Source: an uncultured Ruminococcus sp. (lineage in GTDB: Bacteria > Bacillota > Clostridia > Oscillospirales > CAG-272). Taken from it: a stretch of 64,000 nt of DNA. Every line of letters begins with the position of its first letter. Position 1 is the first letter of the stretch. Where the stretch lies: assembly GCA_964384555.1 (NCBI GenBank), contig CAYLLA010000001.1:73710-137709 (forward strand). Direction: 5' to 3'. Shown here piece after piece: positions 1 to 9,604 of this stretch. The notes beneath the pieces were generated by a model. The model was not told the origin of the DNA. It was given only the letters and a program-made list of their open reading frames with translations, and did not search any database. The position numbers and the translations under genes were made by a program.

Positions 1-1
1 A

Positions 2-1027
2 CTTGGAATAGAATCATCCTGCGACGAGACCTCGGCGGCTGTGGTCGAGGAGAGGGAGGGCCGAGTGCGTGCGCTCTCAAACATCGTTGCATCACAAATA
101 GAAACGCATCGCCTTTACGGCGGAGTCGTGCCGGAGATAGCCTCCCGCGCACATATAGAGGCAATATCGCCAACCGTTTCGCAGGCACTCGGCGAGGCGG
201 GAGTGACACCGCGAGAGCTTGATGCCGTGGCCGTGACCTCCCACCCCGGCCTGATAGGCGCACTGCTCGTTGGCGTGAATTTTGCCAAATCCTTTGCATA
301 CGCGTGGGATAAGCCGATAGTGCCGGTCGATCACGTGCACGCACACACTGCGGCGGCGTATCTTGCAATGCCGGGACTTGAGCCGCCCTTTTTATCCCTT
401 GTTGTATCGGGCGGGCATACATCCTTTTACCATGTTGCCGGCTTTACCGATTACCGAGAGATAGGCGGCACAAGGGACGATGCCGCTGGCGAGGCCTTTG
501 ATAAGATCGGTCGTGTTATCGGTATGCCGTATCCCGGCGGCGCGGCTATGGACAAGCTGGCGCGGGAGGGAGATACCTCTGCCTACAGGCGCGATTTTAA
601 GCTCCCAAGCCCCGCCCTTGCGGGAGATAATCTTGATTTTTCCTTTAGCGGCCTCAAAACTGCCGCGCTCAACCTGCTCAACGGTATGTCGCAAAGGGGA
701 GAGGTGCTTGAGGGCGAGCGCCGAGCGGCCTTTGCCTCGGCGTATACCGGCGCTATCGTTTCCGCCATTGCATCAAAGATCCCGGCGGCACTGGCGGCAT
801 CCGGTTGCCGCAGGCTGGTCATAGCGGGCGGCGTTGCGGCAAACTCGCATCTGCGTGAGGCCGCCGCAAATGTCTGCCGTGCCGCAGGAGCGGAACTTAT
901 ACTGCCGCCCACTAATCTTTGCGGAGATAATGCCGCCATGGTCGCGGCGGAGGGTGCATTTTTGTTCCGCGCCGGCGTGCGCGGAGATGTATCCCTCAAT
1001 GCACACGCGGGGGACAGCGATAATTGA
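2..1027 (+). CDS. tsaD: tRNA N6-adenosine threonylcarbamoyltransferase TsaD (5' end outside window)
   Basis: Frame is open from position 2 (LGIESSCDETSAAV); GGVVPEIASRAH, HVHAH metal motif, SGGHT, DDAAGEAFDK, FSFSGLKT, GGVAAN, DNAAM. Confidence 0.95.
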   Translation, partial: LGIESSCDETSAAVVEEREGRVRALSNIVASQIETHRLYGGVVPEIASRAHIEAISPTVSQALGEAGVTPRELDAVAVTSHPGLIGALLVGVNFAKSFAYAWDKPIVPVDHVHAHTAAAYLAMPGLEPPFLSLVVSGGHTSFYHVAGFTDYREIGGTRDDAAGEAFDKIGRVIGMPYPGGAAMDKLAREGDTSAYRRDFKLPSPALAGDNLDFSFSGLKTAALNLLNGMSQRGEVLEGERRAAFASAYTGAIVSAIASKIPAALAASGCRRLVIAGGVAANSHLREAAANVCRAAGAELILPPTNLCGDNAAMVAAEGAFLFRAGVRGDVSLNAHAGDSDN

Positions 1028-1054
1028 TGCGCACGCGGCAGAAAGGAGAGTATC

Positions 1055-1813
1055 ATGAGCAACAAGAGCAATGGTAATAACTATAGCGAGAATAATAACT
1101 ATAACAGCAATAAAACAGATAATAACAGCGTGCGGGATGAGTTGCACCACGACCGTGTGATATCCGATGCCGTTATAAAACGCCTGCCGAGATATTACAG
1201 ATATCTGCGCGAGCTTCTCTCGCACGGTAAAACGCGCATCAGCTCGGCCGAGCTTGCAAGCATAATGAACGTCACCGCCTCGCAGATCAGGCAGGATCTT
1301 AACTGTTTTGGCGGCTTTGGTCAGCAGGGCTACGGTTATAATGTTGAAAAGCTGTACAATCAAATAATTGATATACTCGGCGCAAACAACGGCTACAACG
1401 CCGTTATAATCGGCGCGGGAAACCTCGGGCGTGCAATAGTGCGCTCGCCGATGTTTGAGCGCCGCGGCGTTACCGTTAAAGCGATGTTTGATTCCAATCC
1501 CGCCCTTGTGGGGGATGCCGTGGCGGGTGTTACGATCTATCCGGTATCCGAGCTTGCCGCCTATTGCCGCGAGCATCGGGTGGATATTGCCGTGCTGACC
1601 CTGCCCAAGGAGTCGGCGGCGGATGCTTTGCGGATAGTTGAGGATGCCGGTGTGCTTGGCGTTTGGAACTTTACAAGCAACGAGCTGGATCTTAAGCACA
1701 AAACGGCAATAGTTGAAAACGTTCACCTTGGCGACTCGCTGATGACCCTTTGCTATCGGTTGCATTCCGGCGAGACCGCAGATGGCGGTAACGACAACGG
1801 TCACGACAGGTGA
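1055..1813 (+). CDS. rex: Redox-sensing transcriptional repressor Rex, with Asn-rich N-terminal extension
   Basis: RLPRYYRYL, ISSAELA, QIRQDLNCFGGFGQQGYGY, GAGNLG NADH-binding loop; SD GAAAGGAGA. Confidence 0.95.
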   Translation: MSNKSNGNNYSENNNYNSNKTDNNSVRDELHHDRVISDAVIKRLPRYYRYLRELLSHGKTRISSAELASIMNVTASQIRQDLNCFGGFGQQGYGYNVEKLYNQIIDILGANNGYNAVIIGAGNLGRAIVRSPMFERRGVTVKAMFDSNPALVGDAVAGVTIYPVSELAAYCREHRVDIAVLTLPKESAADALRIVEDAGVLGVWNFTSNELDLKHKTAIVENVHLGDSLMTLCYRLHSGETADGGNDNGHDR

Positions 1814-1883
1814 CCTCCGCACACAAAACGCAAAAATACATAATACTAAAAAAGATTAACAGTAGTTTTAATGGTGACAGCTG

Positions 1884-2987
1884 ATGTCAGATGAGATAAA
1901 AAACACACCCACGGCGGGGGGGAGCGTAAGCTACGGCCGCGGTGTACTTGTTTTGCCGCGTGCGGCGGCGGAAAAATTCCGCACTGCAACAAAAAAGGAT
2001 ATACTTGCCCTGCTTTTTCGCCTTGCCTGTGATCAGGGCTGGGGGGCAGATGCAGCGGCCGCGGCCTTTGGGCAGAGTGCAGAGGATGTTGACAGCGAGC
2101 TTGCGTTTTGGCGCGGTGCTGGCATTATAACCTCCGCGGAGCTTGATGGCGGCGTGGCGGCAGCACCCGCCGCGGAGTCACACGGCAAAAAGAAAAAACG
2201 CCCTGATGCATCGCTCCCCGCATACACCACAGAGGAGCTGACACAAATACTTGAGCGGCGCGCCGAATCCACGGCTATAATCGATGAGTGCGAGCGAATG
2301 CTCGGCAAGATGTTCAGCACTGCCGAGACCTCAAAGATCCTCGGCCTTATCGATTATCTTGAGCTGGATGGCGAATACATAATCGATCTTTGTGCGCACT
2401 GTGCGCGTATAGGCAAAAAGTCGCTGAGATATGTTGAACGCGTGGCATTTGATCTTTACGACCGCGGCATAACAGAGGTCGAGGCGCTTGATCGCCACCT
2501 GCGCACGATAGAGATGGCCTCACAGCTTGAGGGGCGGATACGCTCGATGTTCGGAATCAACCCGGATAGGGCACTTACAGCCCGCGAGCGCGGGTTTATC
2601 GACTCGTGGGTAGGCAAATTCGGATATGGAATAGATGAGATAGGCCGCGCGTATGAGCTGACGGTCAATGCCATAGGCAAGGAGTCGCTCCCCTATGCCA
2701 ACGCGATACTTGAAACGTGGAACACCGCGGGACTCCGCACCATCGGCGATATAGATGCATATCTCACTGCCCAAAAGGCGGAAAACGCCGCCGCGGCGAA
2801 CGTCCCCGATGGCACGAGTTTCAATACGGATGCATTCTTTGAGGCGGCACTGCGGCGCAGCTACGGAGATGCGGCACTGCCGGAGGGATCCGCCCCCGCG
2901 CCGACTGCAAAGAGTGACGGCTACAGTGCAAACACCAACATAAATGCAAACGCAAACGCAAACGCAAACGGAGGCAGAAGAAGATAA
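1884..2987 (+). CDS. DnaD/DnaB-domain replication protein
   Basis: Two DnaD-like repeats (KSLRYVERVAFDL; SLPYANAILETW); coupled to the downstream DnaC-like ATPase. Confidence 0.8.
   Translation: MSDEIKNTPTAGGSVSYGRGVLVLPRAAAEKFRTATKKDILALLFRLACDQGWGADAAAAAFGQSAEDVDSELAFWRGAGIITSAELDGGVAAAPAAESHGKKKKRPDASLPAYTTEELTQILERRAESTAIIDECERMLGKMFSTAETSKILGLIDYLELDGEYIIDLCAHCARIGKKSLRYVERVAFDLYDRGITEVEALDRHLRTIEMASQLEGRIRSMFGINPDRALTARERGFIDSWVGKFGYGIDEIGRAYELTVNAIGKESLPYANAILETWNTAGLRTIGDIDAYLTAQKAENAAAANVPDGTSFNTDAFFEAALRRSYGDAALPEGSAPAPTAKSDGYSANTNINANANANANGGRRR
2946..2969 (+). repeat. (GCAAAC)4 coding microsatellite giving an Ala-Asn run
   Basis: Four exact hexamer copies near the 3' end of the DnaD-domain gene. 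Confidence 0.85.
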
Positions 2988-3982
2988 TGGGCTACAGCAG
3001 AGAAAATCAGATCCGTGTGCGCGAGGAGCTTGAGGCAAAGCGCCGCGATGCATTGGCGGCGGCGGATGCCAGACGTGCGCAGATACACCGCGCCATCCCG
3101 GAGGTGGCATTGATAGACGAAAAACTGGCGAGCACCGGCATCAGGCTCATGGGTGCGGCGCTTGGCGCATCGGGTGAGAGCGTGGAGGCAATACGTGCCG
3201 ATGTTGAGGCGAAAAAGGCAAGGCGGGATGCACTGCTTACCGCCGCGGGATACCCCACCGATCATACCGACCCGCATTTTGAATGCTCGCTTTGCTCGGA
3301 TACCGGATATGTGGACGGCTATATGTGCCGTTGCATGAAAAAGCGGCTGATCATGGCGGGGTATGAATCCTCGGGGCTTGCAAGACTGATGGAGCATGAG
3401 ACCTTTGAGAGCTTTTCGCTTGACTATTATGCCGACGATCCGCGAGCGCTTGAAAATATGCGCTACATATATCAATCAATGCGCCGATATGCCGATACAT
3501 TTGATCCGCGCTCATCCAAAAGTGTTGCCTTTTTCGGCGGCACGGGACTCGGCAAGACTCATCTCTCCACTGCCGTGGCAAAGGTGGTCATAGAGCGCGG
3601 GTATGATGTCGTGTACACGGGCGCTATCGGCATGTTCTCTGATTTCGAGCGTGTCCGTTTTGGTAACTCTGCGGGCATGGAGAACGGCGAGCGTACCGAA
3701 AGATATTTTGGGTGCGATCTTTTGATAATCGACGATCTCGGCTCGGAGGTCTCAAATCAGTTTACCGTCAGTTGCCTTTACGATATAATCAATACGCGCA
3801 TAAACAAGGGCCTGCCGATGATCATCAGCACCAACCTGCGGCAGGATGAGATGCGTTCAAGATATTGGGATAGAATAACCAGCCGCATCTTCGGCGAATT
3901 TGTGACATTTATGCTTACAGGTACCGATGTGCGCGCCAAAAAGCTGGCATCCCCCGCGGCACATACTCCGCGCCGCGGCTGA
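2987..3982 (+). CDS. DnaC/IstB-like helicase loader ATPase
   Basis: Zn motif CSLC..CRC, Walker A GGTGLGKT, Walker B LLIIDDLG, ISTNL, RITSR. Confidence 0.9.
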   Translation: MGYSRENQIRVREELEAKRRDALAAADARRAQIHRAIPEVALIDEKLASTGIRLMGAALGASGESVEAIRADVEAKKARRDALLTAAGYPTDHTDPHFECSLCSDTGYVDGYMCRCMKKRLIMAGYESSGLARLMEHETFESFSLDYYADDPRALENMRYIYQSMRRYADTFDPRSSKSVAFFGGTGLGKTHLSTAVAKVVIERGYDVVYTGAIGMFSDFERVRFGNSAGMENGERTERYFGCDLLIIDDLGSEVSNQFTVSCLYDIINTRINKGLPMIISTNLRQDEMRSRYWDRITSRIFGEFVTFMLTGTDVRAKKLASPAAHTPRRG

Positions 3983-4072
3983 ATATAATAATCGGTAGCG
4001 CCGCCTGCGGCAAAAGGCTAACAATCATTCAAGATCTTATTGATCCGCCAAACGGCGGGGAAAAGGGTGCAT

Positions 4073-5743
4073 ATGAACGATATTACAATTACCATATATA
4101 ACGAAAAAATGCGCGTACCGGTCGGCACGCGCGTGATCGACCTTGTGCGGGTCGATGACAGAAAAAAATATATCGTTTGCGGCGTAGGTGCGCAAACAAA
4201 GGAGCTGCGCTATCGCCTTTCCGAAAAAAACGACGGCATGGAGATAACACTGCGCGACCTTTGCAATATCGAGGCAGGCAAGGCATATGAGGCGACACTG
4301 CGCTTTGTGATAGCCAAGGCGTTTTATAATCTATACCCGGATGTCAGCATCATGTTCAGCTATAACGTCTCCCGCGCTGTTTTTTGCCGCGCCCTGACTG
4401 ATGGCTTTAACATGTACCGTGCCGCCGATGCGATAAAGGCGGAGGTAGAGCGTATTATCGCCGCCGATCTGCCTATCGAGCGCGTAACCGTATCCAAGGA
4501 GGAGGCGGAGGAGATATACCGCCGCTTTGGTCATGAGGATAAGCTGGATATCCTAAAATACCGCCCGGAGAGCACCGTAAATCTTTACGTGTGTGATGGC
4601 TATTATGATTATCTTCACTCGTATATGGCGGCATCCACCGGATGCCTTGGAGATTATCTTATCGAGCCGTACAGCCCGGGGCTTATGATACGCTATCCGC
4701 GCTATGAGCTTGGAGCCAAGATTCCGGAATTTGTGGAGGAGACCACCTACGGTCGCACTCTGCAAAGGGCTTACCGTTGGTCAAAAAAGGCACACCTGCA
4801 AACCATCTCTGAGATAAACCACCGCGTTGAGGCAGGGGCGGGAAGTACACGCGACTTTGTGCAGATGTGCGAGGCGCGGCATGCCGCAATGCTTTGCGAG
4901 CTTGGCGATTCGATAGAATCGGATATCGAAAACATAAGGCTCATCGGCATAGCGGGCCCCAGCTCAAGCGGCAAAACGACCTTTTGCAACCGCCTGCGCA
5001 TAGAGCTGCTCTCCCGCGGGATCGAGCCTGTGATGATATCGCTTGACGATTATTACAGGGATCGTGAGGAGATATGCCGCATTCAAAACGTTTCGCGTGA
5101 GGAGGTCGATCTTGAGCATCTCAATTGCCTTGATATCGAGCTTTTCAACCGCAACCTTTTTGACCTCATCAACGGCGAGGAGGTCACGCTCCCGCGCTTT
5201 GACTTTAAGCTTGGCCACCGCGTTGAGGGCAGGACGATACGAGTGGGCGAGGGGCATCCCATAATAATAGAGGGAATACACGCGCTGAACGAAAAGCTCA
5301 GCGGTTCTATCCCCAAGCATCAAAAGTATAAGATATACATCGCACCGCAGGCGCAGATGAATATAGACGATCATTCACCGCTGAATATAACAGATCTGCG
5401 GCTGATACGCCGCATGGTCAGGGATATGAGCTTTCGCGGCAGTCCCGCCGCACGCACTATCGATATGTGGCAGTCGGTGCGAAACGGCGAGTTTAGGTGG
5501 ATCTACCCCAACCAAGAGGGCGCAAACTTCGTATTTAATTCGGCGCTTCCGTATGAATTGTGCGTGCTGAGGCAAAAGGCATTGCCCGCACTGCGCGAAA
5601 TAGGGGATGACGATCCGCAGTTTTTGGTGGCGAACCGACTTGTAAAGTATCTTAAGTACTTCCGCCCGATCGAGGATCTGTCCGTCATTCCGTGCAACTC
5701 GCTCCTGCGCGAATTTATCGGCGGCAGTTGCTTTGATGTTTGA
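4073..5743 (+). CDS. Nucleoside (uridine) kinase family protein with ThrRS-like N-terminal domains
   Basis: IAGPSSSGKTT, ISLDDYY, IIEGIHALN, RRMVRD, SLLREFIGGS; ATG at 4073 chosen over TTG at 4040. Confidence 0.85.
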   Translation: MNDITITIYNEKMRVPVGTRVIDLVRVDDRKKYIVCGVGAQTKELRYRLSEKNDGMEITLRDLCNIEAGKAYEATLRFVIAKAFYNLYPDVSIMFSYNVSRAVFCRALTDGFNMYRAADAIKAEVERIIAADLPIERVTVSKEEAEEIYRRFGHEDKLDILKYRPESTVNLYVCDGYYDYLHSYMAASTGCLGDYLIEPYSPGLMIRYPRYELGAKIPEFVEETTYGRTLQRAYRWSKKAHLQTISEINHRVEAGAGSTRDFVQMCEARHAAMLCELGDSIESDIENIRLIGIAGPSSSGKTTFCNRLRIELLSRGIEPVMISLDDYYRDREEICRIQNVSREEVDLEHLNCLDIELFNRNLFDLINGEEVTLPRFDFKLGHRVEGRTIRVGEGHPIIIEGIHALNEKLSGSIPKHQKYKIYIAPQAQMNIDDHSPLNITDLRLIRRMVRDMSFRGSPAARTIDMWQSVRNGEFRWIYPNQEGANFVFNSALPYELCVLRQKALPALREIGDDDPQFLVANRLVKYLKYFRPIEDLSVIPCNSLLREFIGGSCFDV

Positions 5744-5804
5744 TAAGGCTATGTGACCGAGGTTTTTTTCTGAATTTTTAATATTGATGCAAATCGAAAC
5801 AAAT

Positions 5805-5846
5805 ATCCCCTGCAACGGCAAAGAAATGCCGAGTTCTGCAGGGGAT
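5805..5846. terminator. Hairpin between convergent genes
   Basis: ATCCCCTGCA...TGCAGGGGAT stem with inner CGGCA/TGCCG. Confidence 0.6.
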
Positions 5847-5853
5847 GTATTTG

Positions 5854-6507
5854 TTATGGGGTGATATCGAGGCTTTTGGCTCTGTCGCGTAGCTCTGCAT
5901 TTCGCTTTGAATACACACAGCCGCAAAAGCTTTGGCGGTAAAGCCCGTACTCGCGGGATAGCTCTATCGAGCGCAGATATCCGCCGCGCTTTTTAAAATC
6001 CGATGGCAGGTAGCGCACACCAAACTCAACCTCAAGCTCCATGCCTATCTCGTTCAGCTTTTCGCAGTTTTTAAGCGGACTTATCGAAAGCGTTGTGCCA
6101 AAAAACTCAAAACCGTTCGCTTTTGCATATTCCGCCGCGCGGCGTAGGCGTAAGCGATAGCAAATAAAGCACCGCTCACCGCCCTCCGGCAGTGATTCCA
6201 TCCCGCGCACCGCTTCGTAAAACACCTCCGGATCGTAGCGATCCTTTATAAGCTTCACGTCAAACTCGCGTGCCGTGTCGAACTTGCGTATAAATCGCTC
6301 CTCTTCGTCGGCGCGTTTGTAAAATTCCTCGGCCGGGGAGATGTTGGGATTGTAATAAAGTACGGTAATGTCAAAATGCCGCGCAAGATATTCAATACAA
6401 TAGCTGCTGCATGGTGCGCAACAGCTGTGAAGCAAAAGGCGCGGGCGGCGGCCGCCGAGCGATGAGATCAGCCTATCAAGCTCCTTTTGATAGTTCACCT
6501 TGTTCAT
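5854..6507 (-). CDS. queH: Epoxyqueuosine reductase QueH
   Basis: LLLHSCCAPCS, YYNPNI, RCFICYRLRL, TTLSISPLK, LYRQSFCGC. Confidence 0.93.
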   Translation of the reverse strand: MNKVNYQKELDRLISSLGGRRPRLLLHSCCAPCSSYCIEYLARHFDITVLYYNPNISPAEEFYKRADEEERFIRKFDTAREFDVKLIKDRYDPEVFYEAVRGMESLPEGGERCFICYRLRLRRAAEYAKANGFEFFGTTLSISPLKNCEKLNEIGMELEVEFGVRYLPSDFKKRGGYLRSIELSREYGLYRQSFCGCVYSKRNAELRDRAKSLDITP

Positions 6508-6609
6508 TTTAACAGTCCTCTCTTATTTATTGTGGCAGTATGTATGTCGTGTTAACGGATGGTGCAAAAGATCGGCCGGGGCAGTCAGCTATTGCGACAA
6601 CCCCGGCTC

Positions 6610-6642
6610 TTATTTTAGCTTTATTATAGCTTTATTTTAGCT
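6610..6642. repeat. 11-bp tandem repeat x3 (TTATT(T/A)TAGCT)
   Basis: ttattttagct ttattatagct ttattttagct between the CNNM pair and queH, next to a CCGGGG/CCCCGG hairpin (6576-6606). Confidence 0.75.
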
Positions 6643-6691
6643 CGGAATATCTCGTTTCGTTGATATTGCGCAGACTCGGTCGGTCGCGATA

Positions 6692-8011
6692 TCAGTTATC
6701 GCCGCCGTCCTCATCCTCGTCCTCATCGTCTTCTCCTTCGGGAGCGCGATTGAGCACGGTAGTTATCTTTGTCACGCGCATGTCGTCCATTTCGGTAACG
6801 ATAACATACAGCCGCCCATATGTAAAGCTGTCGCCAATATGCGGGTCGGCGTTAAGATTTTCCACTACCCAACCGCCAACGGTCGAGTATTCGCTTTCAA
6901 AATCGCGAGGAGTGTAGTCGATCTCATCAAAGAAATCGTATATATTTGCCTCGCCCAGGACCTCGTATGTATTGTCGCCGGTCTTTACGATATCCGTGAC
7001 TATCTCATCGGATTCATCCCAAATATCTCCAACCAGCTCCTCAAGAATGTCCTCGATCGTAACAACGCCCATCGTGCCGCCAAACTCGTCTATAACGATG
7101 GCAATGTGCGTGCGGCGGTCGCGCAGATGACGCAGCGCATCCGGCAGGTGCATTGCCTTGTGCAGGAAGCAGGGCTTCATCAGCATCGATCTTATCTCGG
7201 CATTCGGGTCATCCACCGCGGCGCGGTAGTACTGATTGAGGTACAAAACACCGATGATGTTATCTATGCTGTCCTCGTATACGGGGATACGAGAATATGT
7301 GGAATTTTCAATGGTCTCAATGATCGACTCGCGGTCGTCATCGATATCGATCGTTGTCAGGTCGATACGCGGGGTCATTACCTCATCTATCGTAGTTTCA
7401 TGGAACTCAAGAGTAGATTGAAGCAGCTCACCCTGTGCCTCGTCGATAACGCCCTCCTCCTCGACTGTGTCGATGATGGAGGAAAGCTCCTCCTCGGTAA
7501 CGCCGCTGGTCTTATCCTTGCCCCAAATGAATCGGAGCACCCACAAAAGACCCATAACTATGGCCACGGCGGGGGACAGAATGATCGTAAGGATGAGTAC
7601 AGGCACCGAGATCCACAGTACAACGGTATCCGCATGCTGTTTGCACAGCAGCTTTGGCACTATCTCACCGAAGATAAGGACGATCACCGTCATTACTATC
7701 GTTGAGAGTGTGGAGGCTATCGCATCGCCGCCGCTTATGTTTTTAAGCAGAGCGATGGCTATCGATGTTGCGGCCGTAGATGCGGCAATGTTGGCAAGGT
7801 TGTTGCCGATAAGTATTGCCGAAAGTGCTACAGTAAAGTGATCGCTTATCTTACTTGCAAGCTTTGCAAGCTTTGAACCGCTCTCCGCTCCCTTGCGCAG
7901 ACGCATCTTGTTGGATGTGTTAAAGGATATCTCGCTTCCGGAGAAGAATGCGGAAAGTATAAGCATTAAAAGTATTATAAGACCGTATGTAATATATTGT
8001 CCCGCACCCAT
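6692..8011 (-). CDS. HlyC/CorC (CNNM, DUF21-CBS-CorC) Mg2+ transporter family, paralog 2
   Basis: LSAFFSGSE, LIGNNLANI, FGEIVPK, VMTPR, YSRIPVY, VIDEFGG, EDILEELVGDIWDE. Confidence 0.92.
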   Translation of the reverse strand: MGAGQYITYGLIILLMLILSAFFSGSEISFNTSNKMRLRKGAESGSKLAKLASKISDHFTVALSAILIGNNLANIAASTAATSIAIALLKNISGGDAIASTLSTIVMTVIVLIFGEIVPKLLCKQHADTVVLWISVPVLILTIILSPAVAIVMGLLWVLRFIWGKDKTSGVTEEELSSIIDTVEEEGVIDEAQGELLQSTLEFHETTIDEVMTPRIDLTTIDIDDDRESIIETIENSTYSRIPVYEDSIDNIIGVLYLNQYYRAAVDDPNAEIRSMLMKPCFLHKAMHLPDALRHLRDRRTHIAIVIDEFGGTMGVVTIEDILEELVGDIWDESDEIVTDIVKTGDNTYEVLGEANIYDFFDEIDYTPRDFESEYSTVGGWVVENLNADPHIGDSFTYGRLYVIVTEMDDMRVTKITTVLNRAPEGEDDEDEDEDGGDN

Positions 8012-9324
8012 CAGTTGCTCACCTCCGCTGCAGTCTCCGCATCGGCGACTTCATTTTTATCATCGCTGTCATCGATGATACGGAATATAAGTCCGGTAAC
8101 GCGGGTGTCGTTTACCTCGTCAACGCACACCTCTGTATCACCAAAGGTAAAGGTCTCGTCCTCCTCCGGGAGACGTCCGAAGTGCTCCTGCACCCAAACG
8201 CCAACAGGCTGTGCGGAGGCACGCTCAGATCCATCGGGAAGTGTGATACCCATGCGTTCAAAAACATTTCCGAGTGTGAGCGTGGGGGATACCAGGAAAC
8301 GATTACCGCCGAGCTTGATAAAATCATCCTCAACGATATCCTCCTCGTCCCATATCTCACCAACCAGCTCCTCAAGAAAGTCCTCAATGGTAACTATGCC
8401 GCACACCCTATTATCCTGATCTCGTACTATGCCGAGATAGATCTTGTGCTGACGCATGGTGTCAAGCAACTCGTCAATATTGTCATTGCAGTTGACAAAA
8501 TGCGGCTTCAGCATAACGGAACGCAGGTTGACTCGGCCGTCCTTAAGATAAGCACGCAAAAACTTTCTTATCGGCAACACACCAACAACATTATCGATCC
8601 CGCCATCGCAAACAAGTATTCTTGAGTGCGGTATCGACTTTATGCGGGCTATCAGTTCCTCGTTTGAGATGGCGGCATCAACATATTGAATGTCGTCGCG
8701 CATCGTCATAACATCGCGTGCACAGGTCTCGTCAAAGTCGAGCGCGGATTTGAGCATGTCGCTTTGCTCCTCGTTCATGACGCCCTGCTCCTCGGCGGTG
8801 TCGATTATCTCGTACAGTTCCTCCTCTGTAATGGAGGGCGCCTCCTCATGCTTGAACAGGCGTGAGAAGAAGGACGAGATCCAACCGAAGAAAGTTGCGA
8901 GCGGAAGGAGTATCTTCATCAACAGCTTCATCGAGGATGCCGTAAACAGCGCAACGCTGTCGGGACGATCGTTGGCAAAGCTCTTGGGGATCATTTCGCT
9001 GAACAAAAAGACTATCCCGGTCGTGATGAAGGTACAAGCAAGCGTTGCGGCCTCGGACATCGTCTCCCCCTTGGCATCAAACCAGCGGGTGACCTGCAGG
9101 GTCGAAACGGATGCGGCGGCAATATGCGTTATGTTTATACCTATCAGCAGGGTAGTAAGCGCCCTGTCAAAATTATTGGATACAAACATAGCATCCTTTG
9201 CCTTGCGGTTGCCGTTTTCGGCAAGATTTTTAATACGGATCTTGTTCATGGCGGAAAATGCGCTCTCTGCACAGGCAAAATATCCGCCCAAAACAACAAA
9301 TAAAATAAAAATAGCGATCAGCAT
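8011..9324 (-). CDS. HlyC/CorC (CNNM) family, paralog 1
   Basis: FACAESAF, LLIGINI, FSEMIPK, HSRILV, EDFLEELVGEIWDE; TGATG overlap with paralog 2. Confidence 0.92.
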   Translation of the reverse strand: MLIAIFILFVVLGGYFACAESAFSAMNKIRIKNLAENGNRKAKDAMFVSNNFDRALTTLLIGINITHIAAASVSTLQVTRWFDAKGETMSEAATLACTFITTGIVFLFSEMIPKSFANDRPDSVALFTASSMKLLMKILLPLATFFGWISSFFSRLFKHEEAPSITEEELYEIIDTAEEQGVMNEEQSDMLKSALDFDETCARDVMTMRDDIQYVDAAISNEELIARIKSIPHSRILVCDGGIDNVVGVLPIRKFLRAYLKDGRVNLRSVMLKPHFVNCNDNIDELLDTMRQHKIYLGIVRDQDNRVCGIVTIEDFLEELVGEIWDEEDIVEDDFIKLGGNRFLVSPTLTLGNVFERMGITLPDGSERASAQPVGVWVQEHFGRLPEEDETFTFGDTEVCVDEVNDTRVTGLIFRIIDDSDDKNEVADAETAAEVSN

Positions 9325-9429
9325 AAACTGTCACCGTCCATTAGAAATACCATCTCCTTAATTTTTTATTCCGATCTTTTTGATCGAAGCTGCCAAGCGC
9401 CGCTCCGCATGCGGCACTGTTTACCTTCT

Positions 9430-9458
9430 ATTATATCTTATTACGCTGATTTTGTCAA
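9430..9458 (-). promoter_or_regulatory. SigA promoter for the CNNM pair
   Basis: Perfect TTGACA-17-TATAAT on the minus strand. Confidence 0.8.
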
Positions 9459-9548
9459 TCTATTTTCGTCAAAAATGCAAAAAAACCTTTGGAGGGCACA
9501 AAAAAATCGGCATTGTGTCGATAAAAAGCTAAAAAAGTCCGCCGACCG

Positions 9549-9577
9549 TTTACAAATGCATTTTAATATGATATAAT
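9549..9577 (+). promoter_or_regulatory. SigA promoter for dxs
   Basis: TTTACA-17-TATAAT with TG extended -10. Confidence 0.7.
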
Positions 9578-9604
9578 AATATGAATAAAAAAGCGGAGGA
9601 CGTT

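Noticed and set aside
1884-3982. Prophage or IS21 replication module (DnaD plus DnaC/IstB)
   Set aside because: Flanked by housekeeping genes with no integrase, transposase or phage genes; fits the chromosomal helicase-loader pair
6610-6642. CRISPR-like repeats (also 41842-41873 and ~30010-30031)
   Set aside because: Only 2-3 short adjacent units, no spacers, no cas genes
6510-6690. preQ1 riboswitch upstream of queH
   Set aside because: No recognisable preQ1-I/II/III core; only a hairpin and an 11-bp repeat
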